Below are positions 27,134 through 37,056 of a DNA stretch of 64,000 nucleotides, in pieces (positions within the stretch are counted from its first letter, which is position 1; each line of letters begins with the position of its first letter). The notes under the pieces are model-generated. The model did not search any database. It was not told where the DNA came from and saw nothing but the letters and a program-made list of their open reading frames with translations. The DNA is taken from the NCBI GenBank assembly GCA_009379955.1, contig WHST01000016.1, positions 10,591 to 74,590 on the forward strand, read 5' to 3'. The stretch is from Streptosporangiales bacterium. Its GTDB lineage: Bacteria > Actinomycetota > Actinomycetes > Streptosporangiales > WHST01. The translations under genes were made by a program, and so were the position numbers.

Positions 27134-29590
27134 CTAGCCGGCCTCCTTCGCCGCCTCGACCGCGGCGAAGGTGTCGAGGATGCCCGCACCGACGGCGTTC
27201 TGCTCCCTGCTGCAGCCACCCGCGCCGGGTCCGAGCGCCGCCTCCTGGGTCGTGGAACGCAGGATCTGGGCGGTACGCGTGACGTCGCCCTTGAGCTCCG
27301 GGTTGGCCGACCACATCAGCGCCACCGCGCCGGCGACGTGCGGGCCTGCCATCGACGTGCCGTCGAGGTAGCCGTACGTGTCACCGGGGAGGGCGGACAG
27401 GACGCGTTCACCGGGAGCGGCGATGTCCGGCTTGGTGCGGTCGCTGCCGTCGACCGTCACCGGACCGCGGCTGGAGAAGCTCGAGACGTTGCCGTTGCTG
27501 TTCACCGCGCCGACCGAGAACGAGTCCTGGTAGATCGCGATCGGGTCCTTCACCGAGCTGCAGGTCGGCCCGTCGTTGCCCGCCGACGCGACGACGAAGA
27601 TGCCAGCGGCGGTCAGCCCGCGCACGGCGGGCCCGAGCACGTTGGCGTCGCACCCCTCGACCGGCGGGCATCCCCACGAGTTGTTGAGCACGTCGGCCGC
27701 CCGCGCCGGGTCACCGTCCTTCAGGGGGTCGCCGTCCTGCGGGAACGGGGCGAGCATGAACTGCATGCAGTCGAGGTAGAGCGCCGGGTTGGCCATGTTG
27801 CGGCCGAGGTTGACGCAGCCGATCCACTTCGCCTCGGGAGCCACGCCGACGTCGTCGCCCACCGCGCTGCCCAGGGTGTGCGTGCCGTGGCCACCGTGGT
27901 CGGTCGGCGACGTGCTGTCGAACCACGGGTCGAGCCAGTTGTAGTCGTCCTCGCCGTCCTTGCCGCGGTACGAGTCCGCGAGGGCGCGGTGGTCCCCGTC
28001 GACGCCGGAGTCGGACTGCCCGACCACGACGCCCTGACCACGGGCCCCGAGCTGGCTCCAGGTGTCGTCGGCGCGGATCATGGTGAGGTTCCAGTCGGGC
28101 CGGTCCGGCGCACGCTCGCTGCCGCGGTCCTCCGGCACCTCGCGCACCGGGCGCAGCCGCGGGCTGTCGAGCACCTTCGCCACCTCGTCGCGGGACTCCA
28201 GCCACGGCCGCAGCTCGGCACCCGCGTGCACCTCGACGGCGTTGACCAGGTAGTACGGCGTGTAGTCGACGCCGATCCCGTCGAGCGCCTCACGTAGCGG
28301 CGCCTGGGTGCGGTCGGCCTGGGCGACCAGCCGGTCGTACACCGCCGTGCGCCTGGCCTCGAGATCGGCGCCGGTCCCGCCGGTGAGCCGCGCCTGGTCC
28401 TTCAGCACCACGAACAGCCGCTCTCCGTCCATGCCGGTCTGCCCACCGACGACGTAGACACCGCCGGCGAGCAGGAGCGCCACGACGGCCACGACGGCAC
28501 CCACCACGCGAGAACGCAGGAGCCCGGCGAGCACGGCGAGCACGCCGCTGCCCACGAGCCCGGCGACGATCGCGAGGCCCATCGCGAGGAACATGTACTT
28601 GAGCACGTCCTCGATCCCCAGCCCACTGGTGAGGCCGAGGATGGCCGCCATCTCGACCTCGTCGGGGTCGAAGAACGCCAGCGGACCGAAGGCCGCCACC
28701 GCGACGCCGACGAGCGTGGGCAGCCGGTGCGGCGCCGCGTACGACGCGGCCGCGCAGGCGAACACGACCGCGGGCACGCTCACGGCGAGCAGCAGTCCCA
28801 TGGCCCGCGGCGACACGGCCGCGACGAGCACGACCACGGTCACGCCGCCGGCCAGCCCGCCGACGATCGCGTTGCTCGGCCTCTTCCACGCGGTGGCGAG
28901 CTCCCGCCAGACCGGGGCGAGCAGCACCGCCGACAGCCACCCGAGCGCGACGGCGAGGAGCGCGGCGACCACCGTCTCGACGAGCCCGCCGAGGTAGCCG
29001 AAGAACGCCCACGGCACCACGATGACGAGCCCCGCCGCCGCGGCGACCGCCGTGCCGCCGTCGCCGCCGCCACGTGGCGACCGGAACGGGCCGAGCCGCG
29101 ACAACACGAACGCCACCACCGCACAGGCGGCGGCGAGCACGAGCATCGCCAGCACGCTCCGCGGACTCGCCAGCAGGCGCACGGGACTCGTGACGACGAC
29201 GACCGTCGCGGCCAGGGTCCACGCGCGGGCGACGGCCCGGGCACGCGGGTGGCCGACGAGCCGCCACACCAGGAGCGACGGCACGCCGACGAGGACGCCG
29301 AGGGCGAGGGTCGTGCCGAACCAGAGCGCCCCGTTCTCCTCGCCTGGGGTGTTCTGGTCGGCGCCCCAGGCGACGAGCTGTCCGACGACGGCGACGGCCA
29401 CGGCGAGGACGCCGATGAGCGCCAGCCCCACCGCCGCCCCGGTGCCACCCGACCCGCGGGACCGGCCGTCGTCCTGCTGCCGGTACGAGGTCGGTGCGGG
29501 CGGCGGCGGCAACGGGCCCCAGGTCAGCGGCGGCTCGTCCCCCGGCCCGTACGGGCCTCCGCCGGGGACGTACGGCGGGTGGTTCGACAT
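27134..29590 (-). CDS. S8 (subtilisin-family) serine peptidase with a ~400-aa polytopic membrane N-terminal region
   Basis: 818 aa. Pro-rich N-terminus, then about 10-12 hydrophobic helices by eye, then a propeptide-like segment. Catalytic contexts: VVVGQSDSGVDGDH (Asp), HGTHTLGSAVG (His), GTSMAGPHVAGAVALM (Ser). Confidence 0.85.
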   Translation of the reverse strand: MSNHPPYVPGGGPYGPGDEPPLTWGPLPPPPAPTSYRQQDDGRSRGSGGTGAAVGLALIGVLAVAVAVVGQLVAWGADQNTPGEENGALWFGTTLALGVLVGVPSLLVWRLVGHPRARAVARAWTLAATVVVVTSPVRLLASPRSVLAMLVLAAACAVVAFVLSRLGPFRSPRGGGDGGTAVAAAAGLVIVVPWAFFGYLGGLVETVVAALLAVALGWLSAVLLAPVWRELATAWKRPSNAIVGGLAGGVTVVVLVAAVSPRAMGLLLAVSVPAVVFACAAASYAAPHRLPTLVGVAVAAFGPLAFFDPDEVEMAAILGLTSGLGIEDVLKYMFLAMGLAIVAGLVGSGVLAVLAGLLRSRVVGAVVAVVALLLAGGVYVVGGQTGMDGERLFVVLKDQARLTGGTGADLEARRTAVYDRLVAQADRTQAPLREALDGIGVDYTPYYLVNAVEVHAGAELRPWLESRDEVAKVLDSPRLRPVREVPEDRGSERAPDRPDWNLTMIRADDTWSQLGARGQGVVVGQSDSGVDGDHRALADSYRGKDGEDDYNWLDPWFDSTSPTDHGGHGTHTLGSAVGDDVGVAPEAKWIGCVNLGRNMANPALYLDCMQFMLAPFPQDGDPLKDGDPARAADVLNNSWGCPPVEGCDANVLGPAVRGLTAAGIFVVASAGNDGPTCSSVKDPIAIYQDSFSVGAVNSNGNVSSFSSRGPVTVDGSDRTKPDIAAPGERVLSALPGDTYGYLDGTSMAGPHVAGAVALMWSANPELKGDVTRTAQILRSTTQEAALGPGAGGCSREQNAVGAGILDTFAAVEAAKEAG

Positions 29591-29666
29591 GCCCTGGAGC
29601 GTATCTGCCGGGCCCGGGCCCGCGGGTCCTTCGGGTCGGACCTGGGGACGGTGACGGGTCCTGGGC

Positions 29667-31127
29667 TCAGGACGGCAGGTCGTCCTGCTCGGCCGCCCAG
29701 CGGCGCAGCTCGTCGCGGGCGCGGTCGGGGCCGAGCGGGCCGTGCTCGAGCCGGAGCTCGAGGAGGTGACTCAGCGCCCTGCCGACCACGGGTCCCGGGC
29801 GAACGCCGAGCTCCGCCATGACCTCCGTGCCGTCGAGGTCGGGACGGATGCTGGAGATCTCCTCCTCCTCGGCCAGCCGGGCGATCCGTTCCTCGAGGTC
29901 GTCGTACGCCTTGGCCAGGCGCTGGGCCTTGCGCTTGTTGCGGGTGGTGCAGTCGGCGCGCGTCAGCTTGTGCAGCCGGTCCAGCAGGTCGCCCGCGTCG
30001 CGCACGTACCGGCGGACGGCCGAGTCGGTCCACTCGCCCTCCGCGTAGCCGTGGAAGCGCAGGTGCAGCTCGACGAGCGTGCACACGTCGTTCACAAGAT
30101 CCTTGGGGAAGCGCAGCCTGGTGAGCCGCGTGCGTGTCATCCGCGCGCCGACGACCTCGTGGTGGTGGAAGCTGACCCGCCCGTCGGGCTCGTGCCTGCG
30201 GGTCTGCGGCTTGCCGATGTCGTGCAGCAACGCGGCGAGGCGCAGCACCAGGTCGGGACCGCCCGAGCCCTCGAGGTCGATGGCCTGGTCGAGCACCGTG
30301 AGGGAGTGCTCGTAGACGTCCTTGTGCCGGTGGTGCTCGTCGATCTCCAGCCGCATGCCGGGGACCTCGGGCAGCACCTGCTCGGCGAGCCCGGTGTCGA
30401 CGAGGAGCTCGAGCCCCTTCCTCGGCTCCGCCGTGCACACGAGCTTGGTCAGCTCGTCGCGGATCCGCTCGACCGAGACGATGGCGAGGCGGTCACGCAT
30501 GTCCGTCATCGCGGCGACGACCCCGGGGTCGACGGTGAAGCCGAGCTGCGCGGCGAACCTCGCGGCACGGAGCATGCGCAGCGGGTCGTCGTCGAACGAG
30601 TCCTCGGGCCGGCCGGGCGTCCGCAGCCGGCCGGCCGCGAGGTCGTCGAGGCCCCCGTACGGGTCGAGCAGCGGCTCCGCGGGACGCAGGGGCATCGGCA
30701 CCGCGATGGCGTTGACGGTGAAGTCGCGCCTGGCCAGGTCGGCGACGAGCGAGTCGCCGAACCGCACGTCGGGCTTCCGCGAGTCGCGGGTGTACTCCTC
30801 ACTGCGGTACGTCGTGACCTCGAGCTTGTAACCGCCCTTGTGCAGGCCGACCGTGCCGAACGCCATGCCGACCTCCCACGTGGAGTCGGCCCATGGCCCG
30901 GCGATCGCGAGGATGTCGTCAGGCCGGGCGTCGGTCGCGAAGTCGAGGTCGTCTCCCAGCGTGCCGCGCAGCGCGTCGCGGACGGATCCCCCCACCAGCG
31001 CCAGGTCGTGTCCCGCGGCGGCGAAGCGCCGGCTCAGATCGTCGGCGACCGGCGCGACGCGCAGGAGCTCTGCGACGGCGCGCTGCTGCGCACGGGTGGG
31101 CGGCGACCCGTTCGGGATGGAGGACAC
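29667..31127 (-). CDS. cca: CCA-adding tRNA nucleotidyltransferase (with HD domain)
   Basis: ORF 29667..31199. Motifs: LALVGGSVRDALRG, FTVNAIAV, HRHKDVYEHSL, LLHDIGKP. Start re-called to in-frame GTG 31127 (VSSIPNGSPPTRAQQRAVAELL); ATG 31199 remains possible. Confidence 0.85.
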   Translation of the reverse strand: MSSIPNGSPPTRAQQRAVAELLRVAPVADDLSRRFAAAGHDLALVGGSVRDALRGTLGDDLDFATDARPDDILAIAGPWADSTWEVGMAFGTVGLHKGGYKLEVTTYRSEEYTRDSRKPDVRFGDSLVADLARRDFTVNAIAVPMPLRPAEPLLDPYGGLDDLAAGRLRTPGRPEDSFDDDPLRMLRAARFAAQLGFTVDPGVVAAMTDMRDRLAIVSVERIRDELTKLVCTAEPRKGLELLVDTGLAEQVLPEVPGMRLEIDEHHRHKDVYEHSLTVLDQAIDLEGSGGPDLVLRLAALLHDIGKPQTRRHEPDGRVSFHHHEVVGARMTRTRLTRLRFPKDLVNDVCTLVELHLRFHGYAEGEWTDSAVRRYVRDAGDLLDRLHKLTRADCTTRNKRKAQRLAKAYDDLEERIARLAEEEEISSIRPDLDGTEVMAELGVRPGPVVGRALSHLLELRLEHGPLGPDRARDELRRWAAEQDDLPS

Positions 31128-31213
31128 GGCAGCCAAGCGTAGTTGGGCGGTTCCGGCCGCGCGCCGGGGTCGCGGTCTCGGTGGCCGTCCGGGCGCCATC
31201 TACCATCGGACAC

Positions 31214-31696
31214 GTGTCAGCAAGGCGTCGTCCGCACCCCCCGGGTCCGGCTCACCGCCGTCATCGCCCCGTCGAGGAGGTGTCCGCGGGAGGCCTGGTC
31301 GTCGACCCGGGTGATGGCTCGCCGAGAGCCGCGCTCATCGCCCGGCGGGTGCGTGGCGGGGGCTACCTGTGGGCACTGCCGAAGGGCCACATCGAGCAGG
31401 GGGAGTCGGCCGAGGACGCCGCACTCAGGGAGATCACGGAGGAGACGGGCATCGTGGGCCGGCTGATCCGGCCGATCGGCACGATCGACTACTGGTTCGT
31501 CTTCGACCACAGGAAGATCCACAAGACCGTGCACCACTACCTCGTGCTGGCGACCGGCGGCGAGCTGTCCGCCGACGACATCGAGGTCGACGACGTCGCC
31601 TGGGTCCCGCTCGACGAGGTCCCCGCCCGCCTCGCGTACGCCAACGAGCGCGACCTCGTGACCCGCCACGCCGACCTGCTGGAGGGCATCACATGA
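31214..31696 (+). CDS. NUDIX hydrolase
   Basis: Real part of ORF 30893..31696, from GTG 31214. Nudix box: LPKGHIEQGESAEDAALREITEETGI. Its position matches Rv3908 (mutT4). Confidence 0.85.
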   Translation: MSARRRPHPPGPAHRRHRPVEEVSAGGLVVDPGDGSPRAALIARRVRGGGYLWALPKGHIEQGESAEDAALREITEETGIVGRLIRPIGTIDYWFVFDHRKIHKTVHHYLVLATGGELSADDIEVDDVAWVPLDEVPARLAYANERDLVTRHADLLEGIT

Positions 31697-33786
31697 GGAC
31701 GACATGGCGTGTCCTGCTCGCCGGGGTCGTCGCGGCGACCGTGGTCGCGCCCGGTCTCGTCCTCGACACCACCCCCGCCGAGGCCGCGCGGGAGCCCGCG
31801 ATCACCGTCACCAGCGTCACCCCCAACGCACCGGGACCGAAGGACACCCTGCGCATCACCGGCACGGTGAGCAACCCGGGCAAGCGCCCGCTCACCGACG
31901 TCACCACCAGGCTCAGGTACGGCAGCCTGCCGCTCGTCAGCCGCGAGCAGGTCAACGAGCACGCCACCGCACCGGACGCGCCGACCGGCAACCCCGTGTA
32001 CGGTCACGACGCCGAGCTCGGCACCGTACGCCCGCGTGGCGACCGCCAGTTCGAGCTCGCGGTCCCCGTGCGCAACCTGTACCTCGGCGGGTTCGGTGTC
32101 TACCCGATCACCGTCGAGGCCTTCACCTCCGACGGCACGAGCCTCGCCGTCCAGCGCACCTTCATCGTCAACACCCCGGACGACAAGGGCGCGATCCCGC
32201 AGGCCACCCGTATCGGCTGGCTGATGCCGCTCGTCGACCGTCCGCACCGGCAGGCGGGCACGACGTTCGAGGACGATCTCCTCGCGAGATCGATGGCACC
32301 GGACGGACGGCTCGGCAGGATCGTGGCCGGGGGCGGGAGCGCCTCCGCGGCGGACGTCCCGCTGACCTGGGCGGTCGACCCCGGCGTCCTCCACGACGCA
32401 CAGACGATGGGCGCGGGGTACCGGGTCAGGTCCGGCAACGAGGTCGTCACGGGCACCGGCGGCCCGGCGGCGTCGGACTTCCTCGCCAGGCTCACCTCGG
32501 CCACCGAGGGCGACGACGTCGTCGCGTTGCCGTACGCCGACGTCGACACGGTGGCACTGACGCGCGCCGGACTCTCCGGCGACATCACCACGGCGCAGAG
32601 CAGGGGCGAGGAGGTCACCGGCGAGGCACTCGGCGTCACCCCGTCGCGCGGCATGACCTGGCCACCGGACGGTCTCGCCGACCAGAAGGCGCTCAACGCC
32701 CTGGCCTCGACGGGCGCCCGCACGGCGGTGCTCCGCGACACGGCGCTGCCCCTGGCGGAGCAGCAGACCTACACCCCCGACCCGGTCGCGTCCGTCAGAA
32801 CGACGAGCGGCAAGGTCACCGTGCTGCTCGCCGACTCGACGCTCAGCGACATCGTCGGCTCGGCCACGAGCAGGCCTGGCAGCGCGTCGCTGGCCGAGCA
32901 GCGCTTCCTCGCCGAGACCGCCCTGATCACCGCCGAGCGACCGAACACCTCCCGCGGTCTCGTCATCGTCCCGCCGCGCGACTGGAACCCGCCCGACAAC
33001 CTCGCCAGCAGCCTGCTCGCCGACACCGCCGAGGTGCCGTGGCTGGCCCCGACCTCGCTCCAGGATCTGAGCGAGACGCCGCAGGACGAACCGCCGACCC
33101 GGCAGCGCCTGACATACCCGTCCCGCGCCAAGAAGGCCGAGCTCAGCCAGAACTACCTCGACGGGGCGCGCCGCGTGCACGGCTCGCTCAACAGGTACGC
33201 GACGATCTTCACCCGGCTGCCGTCGCGGATCGAGGACTACAACCTCGCCATCCTGCGGGCCGAGTCGACCGCGTGGCGCACCCGCCGCGCCCGTGGCCAG
33301 GCGACGCTCGTGACGGTCGCGTCGGCGGTGGAGCGGCAGCGCCGCCGGGTATCCGTCGAGCAACCGGGCGGGCTGTCGCTGGCCAGCTCGGAGGGATCGG
33401 TGCCGCTCAACGTGCGCAACGGGCTCGACGAGCCGGTCACCGTGCAGCTGCGCGTCCTCTCCGCCAACCCCGGACGCATGTCGGTGGGCGACCTGCCGAA
33501 CAACGGCAGCCTCACGATCCCGCCACGGCAGCGGGTCACCGTGCAGGTGCCGATGAGCACCGTCGCCAGCGGCGTCGTCGAGGTGAGCGCGCAGCTGCTC
33601 ACCGCCGACGATTACGTCTACGGCCCGACCAGGACGTTCACCGTCACCTCGACGGCCTACGGCAGCGTGGCGATCATCATCACCAGCGTCGCCCTCGTCT
33701 TCCTCTTCGCCGGCTCCGGCTACCGCGTGGTCAGGCGCGTCCTCGCCGCGCGGCGCGGGCGAGCGACCGGCGGAGGGGCCCGATGA
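31693..33786 (+). CDS. Conserved actinobacterial secreted/membrane-anchored protein (Rv3909 / DUF6049-like by position)
   Basis: Real part of ORF 31369..33786. ATG 31693 overlaps the NUDIX stop as ATGA. Signal-like N-terminus: MRTTWRVLLAGVVAATVVAPGLV. C-terminal helix: VAIIITSVALVFLFAGSGY. The family name is recalled, not searched. Confidence 0.6.
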   Translation: MRTTWRVLLAGVVAATVVAPGLVLDTTPAEAAREPAITVTSVTPNAPGPKDTLRITGTVSNPGKRPLTDVTTRLRYGSLPLVSREQVNEHATAPDAPTGNPVYGHDAELGTVRPRGDRQFELAVPVRNLYLGGFGVYPITVEAFTSDGTSLAVQRTFIVNTPDDKGAIPQATRIGWLMPLVDRPHRQAGTTFEDDLLARSMAPDGRLGRIVAGGGSASAADVPLTWAVDPGVLHDAQTMGAGYRVRSGNEVVTGTGGPAASDFLARLTSATEGDDVVALPYADVDTVALTRAGLSGDITTAQSRGEEVTGEALGVTPSRGMTWPPDGLADQKALNALASTGARTAVLRDTALPLAEQQTYTPDPVASVRTTSGKVTVLLADSTLSDIVGSATSRPGSASLAEQRFLAETALITAERPNTSRGLVIVPPRDWNPPDNLASSLLADTAEVPWLAPTSLQDLSETPQDEPPTRQRLTYPSRAKKAELSQNYLDGARRVHGSLNRYATIFTRLPSRIEDYNLAILRAESTAWRTRRARGQATLVTVASAVERQRRRVSVEQPGGLSLASSEGSVPLNVRNGLDEPVTVQLRVLSANPGRMSVGDLPNNGSLTIPPRQRVTVQVPMSTVASGVVEVSAQLLTADDYVYGPTRTFTVTSTAYGSVAIIITSVALVFLFAGSGYRVVRRVLAARRGRATGGGAR

Positions 33787-35462
33787 CCGTGCAGGACCCA
33801 CCGCAGGACGACACCCAGGCGGCCCCGGCCGACACCACCGACAGCCTCGTGCGATCGAGTGCGGTGATGGCCGCAGGCACCCTCGTCTCCCGCATCACGG
33901 GGTTCCTCCGCGTCATGGTGATCGCGGCGGTGCTCGGCAGCTCGCCGCTGTCCAACGCGTACAACACCGCGAACAACGCCCCGTTCTCGCTCTACGAGCT
34001 GCTCCTCGGCGGTGTGCTCTCCGCGGTCCTCGTCCCGCTCCTCGTCCGGGAGAACAAGCGCGACCGGCGCGAGGGCGACCTCTACGCTCAGCGCCTGCTC
34101 ACGCTCGTGGTGCTCGTCCTGGTCGGCCTGACGGTGCTGAGCGTCCTCGGCGCCCCGCTGATCCTCGACCTGATCGCGAATCGCATGGCCGGGTCCCAGC
34201 GCGAGATCGCGGTCGCGTTCCTCCGGTACTTCCTGCCCCAGGTCCTGTTCCTCGGCATCGTCGCCGTGGTCGTGGCGATCCTGCAGTCGCGCCGCCGGTT
34301 CGCGGCACCCATGTGGGCGCCGGTGCTCAACAACCTGACGGTCATCGCGACCGGCCTGCTCTTCATGTACGTCGTCGACGGCCAGCCGACGCCCGACACC
34401 ATCACCGCCGGCGAGACGATGCTGCTCGGCCTGGGCACCTCCGCCGGCATCGTGGTGCAGACCCTCGCGCTCCTCCCGTCCCTGCTGCGCGCGGGGTTCC
34501 GGCCCCGACCCCGGCTGGGCTTCCACCGCCTCGGCCTCGGCGCGATCGGCCGGCTGGGCACCTGGACGATCGTCTACGTGACGACCAACCTCGCCGGGCT
34601 GTTCGTGGTCACCAACATCGGCGGTGCGGTCGACCGCGCTCTCGCGGCCACACACCAGAGCCTCAACTACGGCTACACGCCCTACCAGAACGCCTTCACG
34701 GTCTTCTCCCTGCCGCACGCGATCGTCGCCGTCTCCGTCATCACCGCCCTGCTGCCCAGGATGAGCTCCCACGCGGCGGACGGGCGGTTCGGCCTGGTCA
34801 GGTCCGACCTGTCGACCGGGATCAGGCTCGCCGCGGTGCTGATCGTGCCGGCCGCCGTGGCGCTGGTCGCCCTCGGCCGGCCCGTGGGCGTGACGATCTT
34901 CAGCCTCGGCTTCTACAGCGCGGACAACGCGGGCTACACCGGCCTGGTCATCGCCGCCTTCGCCTTCGGACTGATCCCGTTCAGCATCTTCCAGCTGATG
35001 CTGCGCGTCTTCTACGCCCTGCAGGACACCAGGACCCCGGCGCTCGTCAACATGCTCGGCACGGCGGTGACCATCGCGCTCGGCATCGGCTGCTACCTCG
35101 TCCTCCCGCACCAGGGCGTCATGATCAGCCTCGCGCTCGCCTACGGCGTCGGCTACCTCGTCAACACGCTCGTCGCCGCGGCGATCCTGCGCCGCCGACT
35201 CGGTGGCATCGACGGCAGGCGGGTCGTCGGCGTCCTGGCGCGCATGGTCGCCGCCGCCGTTCCCGGCGGCGTGCTGGCCTGGCTCGCCACCCTCGGGCTC
35301 ACGCAACTGCTCGGCGACGGCAAGACCACCGCGGTGATCTGCGTGGTGGTCGGCGGGCTCCTGGTACTCGGCAGCTTCCTGGCGCTCGCGCGAGCACTGC
35401 GCGTCACCGAAGTGGCAACGCTCGTGTCAACGTTCCGCGGCCGTCGCGCGTCGGGCGGGTAG
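33783..35462 (+). CDS. murJ: Lipid II flippase MurJ (MviN)
   Basis: Real part of ORF 31704..35462. ATG 33783 overlaps the upstream stop as ATGA. SSAVMAAGTLVSRITGFLRVMVIAAVLG...NAYNTANNAPFSLYELLLGG is a typical MurJ N-terminus. About 14 helices. Confidence 0.85.
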   Translation: MTVQDPPQDDTQAAPADTTDSLVRSSAVMAAGTLVSRITGFLRVMVIAAVLGSSPLSNAYNTANNAPFSLYELLLGGVLSAVLVPLLVRENKRDRREGDLYAQRLLTLVVLVLVGLTVLSVLGAPLILDLIANRMAGSQREIAVAFLRYFLPQVLFLGIVAVVVAILQSRRRFAAPMWAPVLNNLTVIATGLLFMYVVDGQPTPDTITAGETMLLGLGTSAGIVVQTLALLPSLLRAGFRPRPRLGFHRLGLGAIGRLGTWTIVYVTTNLAGLFVVTNIGGAVDRALAATHQSLNYGYTPYQNAFTVFSLPHAIVAVSVITALLPRMSSHAADGRFGLVRSDLSTGIRLAAVLIVPAAVALVALGRPVGVTIFSLGFYSADNAGYTGLVIAAFAFGLIPFSIFQLMLRVFYALQDTRTPALVNMLGTAVTIALGIGCYLVLPHQGVMISLALAYGVGYLVNTLVAAAILRRRLGGIDGRRVVGVLARMVAAAVPGGVLAWLATLGLTQLLGDGKTTAVICVVVGGLLVLGSFLALARALRVTEVATLVSTFRGRRASGG

Positions 35463-35513
35463 GGTCGTCGAGGGGACGTCCCACACGAACCGGAACGGTG
35501 GGCAAGAACTACT

Positions 35514-37052
35514 ATGGGGCAGCCTGACCCACCGACCGGGGGGAAGGACCACAGGCACGTGCCGGCACTCCTTGACCAGGGATCCGTGCTCGACGACCGC
35601 TACCGTCTCGACGAGCGGGTCGGCGAGCAAGGTTGTGCTGCGCTGTGGCGTGGTACCGACACCATCCTGGCCCGCAGTGTCACCGTCATGGTGCTCCCGA
35701 CGTCCGCACCCGAGACGGCACGCGTGCTCACCGCCGCCCGGCGCGCGGCCCGGATCAGGGACTCCCGCGTCGTCCAGGTCTTCGACACCGCCACCGTCGA
35801 CGACAGCACCTACGTCATCACCGAGTGGATCACCGGACGCACGCTGACCGACCTGCTGCTCGAGACCGGTCCCCTGCATCCCGACCGGGCGGGCGCGCTC
35901 GTCGGGGAGGCGGCCGAGGCGCTGACCGAGGCCCACCGGATGGCGGTCTCCCACCTCCGGCTCACCCCCGACAACCTCGTGTGGACCGCGGCCGGCGGCG
36001 TGAAGGTCACCGGCGTCGGCATCGAGGCCGCTCTCGCCGGCACGGTCAGCGACGACCCCGCACGCACCGACTCCGAGGGGCTCGGCGCCTTGCTCTACGC
36101 CGCGCTCACCGCCCGCTGGCCGCACGGACCGTTCGGCGGCCTGCTGGCCGCCCCGCAGAACGGTGACGCGCCGCACTTCAGCCCGCGCCAGGTGCGCGCC
36201 GGCGTCCCGCCCGAGCTCGACGCCACGACCGAGCGGGCCCTGTGCCAGCGCAGCCGACGCGGCCAGCCGCCGCTCGCCACCCCCGCCTCGGTCGCCGAGG
36301 CCCTGGCCGACTTCCCCGACCCCACCCCGCTCGACCTCTTCGCCGAACGCCCGTCGAGCGACGACCGGGCGACCAACCCGATGGCGCAGGTCACCGCGCC
36401 GGTGCCGTTCGCCACCGCAGGTGGGCCGCGACCGCACCACCACCACCGCGGGCGCCGTGCCCTGATCGCGGTTCCGGCCGGCCTCGCCCTCGTGGCGGTC
36501 GTACTCGTCGGCGGGCTGCGTCTCGGCCTGTCCGAGTTCACCTTCGGCGGCCCGTCCGCCGCACCGAGCGAGAGCTCCTCGAGCACCTCGCCGACACCCG
36601 CGGGCAAGAAGCGCATCCCGGTCGTCGAGGCCAGCGACTTCGACCCCCAGGGCGACGGCCAGGAGCACGCGTCCTCGGTCAAGAATGCGAACGACGGCAC
36701 GCCCCGCACGGTCTGGTACACCGACCGCTACAACACGGCCAAGTTCGGCAACCTGAAGCCCGGCGTCGGCATGGTCTTCGACCTCGGCTCGGCGAAGGCC
36801 GTCGACTCGGTCCAGCTCCGCCTCGGCGACCCCGGCACGAGCCTGCAGCTGCGCTCGGCGACGAGCGGCGGCACGTCCGTCGGCGACTTCACGACGGTCG
36901 CCACGGCGACCGACGTCGACGAGCAGGTCACGTTGCGGCCCAAGAGCGACGCCACGGCGCGCTACTGGCTCGTCTGGTTCACCGAGCTTCCCCGTTCCGA
37001 CGACGGATACCGCGCCGGAATCGCCGATATCACCTTCCGTCCGGCAAGCTAG
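35514..37052 (+). CDS. Protein-kinase-fold pseudokinase, one TM helix, extracellular discoidin/carbohydrate-binding-like domain
   Basis: Kinase-like N-terminus lacking the catalytic residues: VTVMVL replaces VAIK, HLRLTPDNL replaces HRDLKPxN, and VTGVGI replaces DFG. TM helix: ALIAVPAGLALVAVVLVGGL. The C-terminal segment (NANDGTPRTVWYTDRY...YWLVWFTEL) resembles an F5/8 type C domain. Confidence 0.7.
   Translation: MGQPDPPTGGKDHRHVPALLDQGSVLDDRYRLDERVGEQGCAALWRGTDTILARSVTVMVLPTSAPETARVLTAARRAARIRDSRVVQVFDTATVDDSTYVITEWITGRTLTDLLLETGPLHPDRAGALVGEAAEALTEAHRMAVSHLRLTPDNLVWTAAGGVKVTGVGIEAALAGTVSDDPARTDSEGLGALLYAALTARWPHGPFGGLLAAPQNGDAPHFSPRQVRAGVPPELDATTERALCQRSRRGQPPLATPASVAEALADFPDPTPLDLFAERPSSDDRATNPMAQVTAPVPFATAGGPRPHHHHRGRRALIAVPAGLALVAVVLVGGLRLGLSEFTFGGPSAAPSESSSSTSPTPAGKKRIPVVEASDFDPQGDGQEHASSVKNANDGTPRTVWYTDRYNTAKFGNLKPGVGMVFDLGSAKAVDSVQLRLGDPGTSLQLRSATSGGTSVGDFTTVATATDVDEQVTLRPKSDATARYWLVWFTELPRSDDGYRAGIADITFRPAS
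37017..37041 (+). promoter_or_regulatory. Candidate ECF-type promoter for the sigma factor gene, inside the 3' end of the pseudokinase gene
   Basis: GGAAT (37017-21), a 16-nt spacer, then CGTC (37038-41), 16 nt upstream of GTG 37057. This is a pattern match only. Confidence 0.3.
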
Positions 37053-37056
37053 GCCG

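Noticed and set aside
27121-27142. A small hairpin (CCGGCT...AGCCGG) between the convergent MerR and S8 genes, considered as a bidirectional terminator.
   Set aside because: It has only a 6-bp stem, no U/A tracts, and it overlaps the S8 stop codon. This is not enough evidence for a terminator call.
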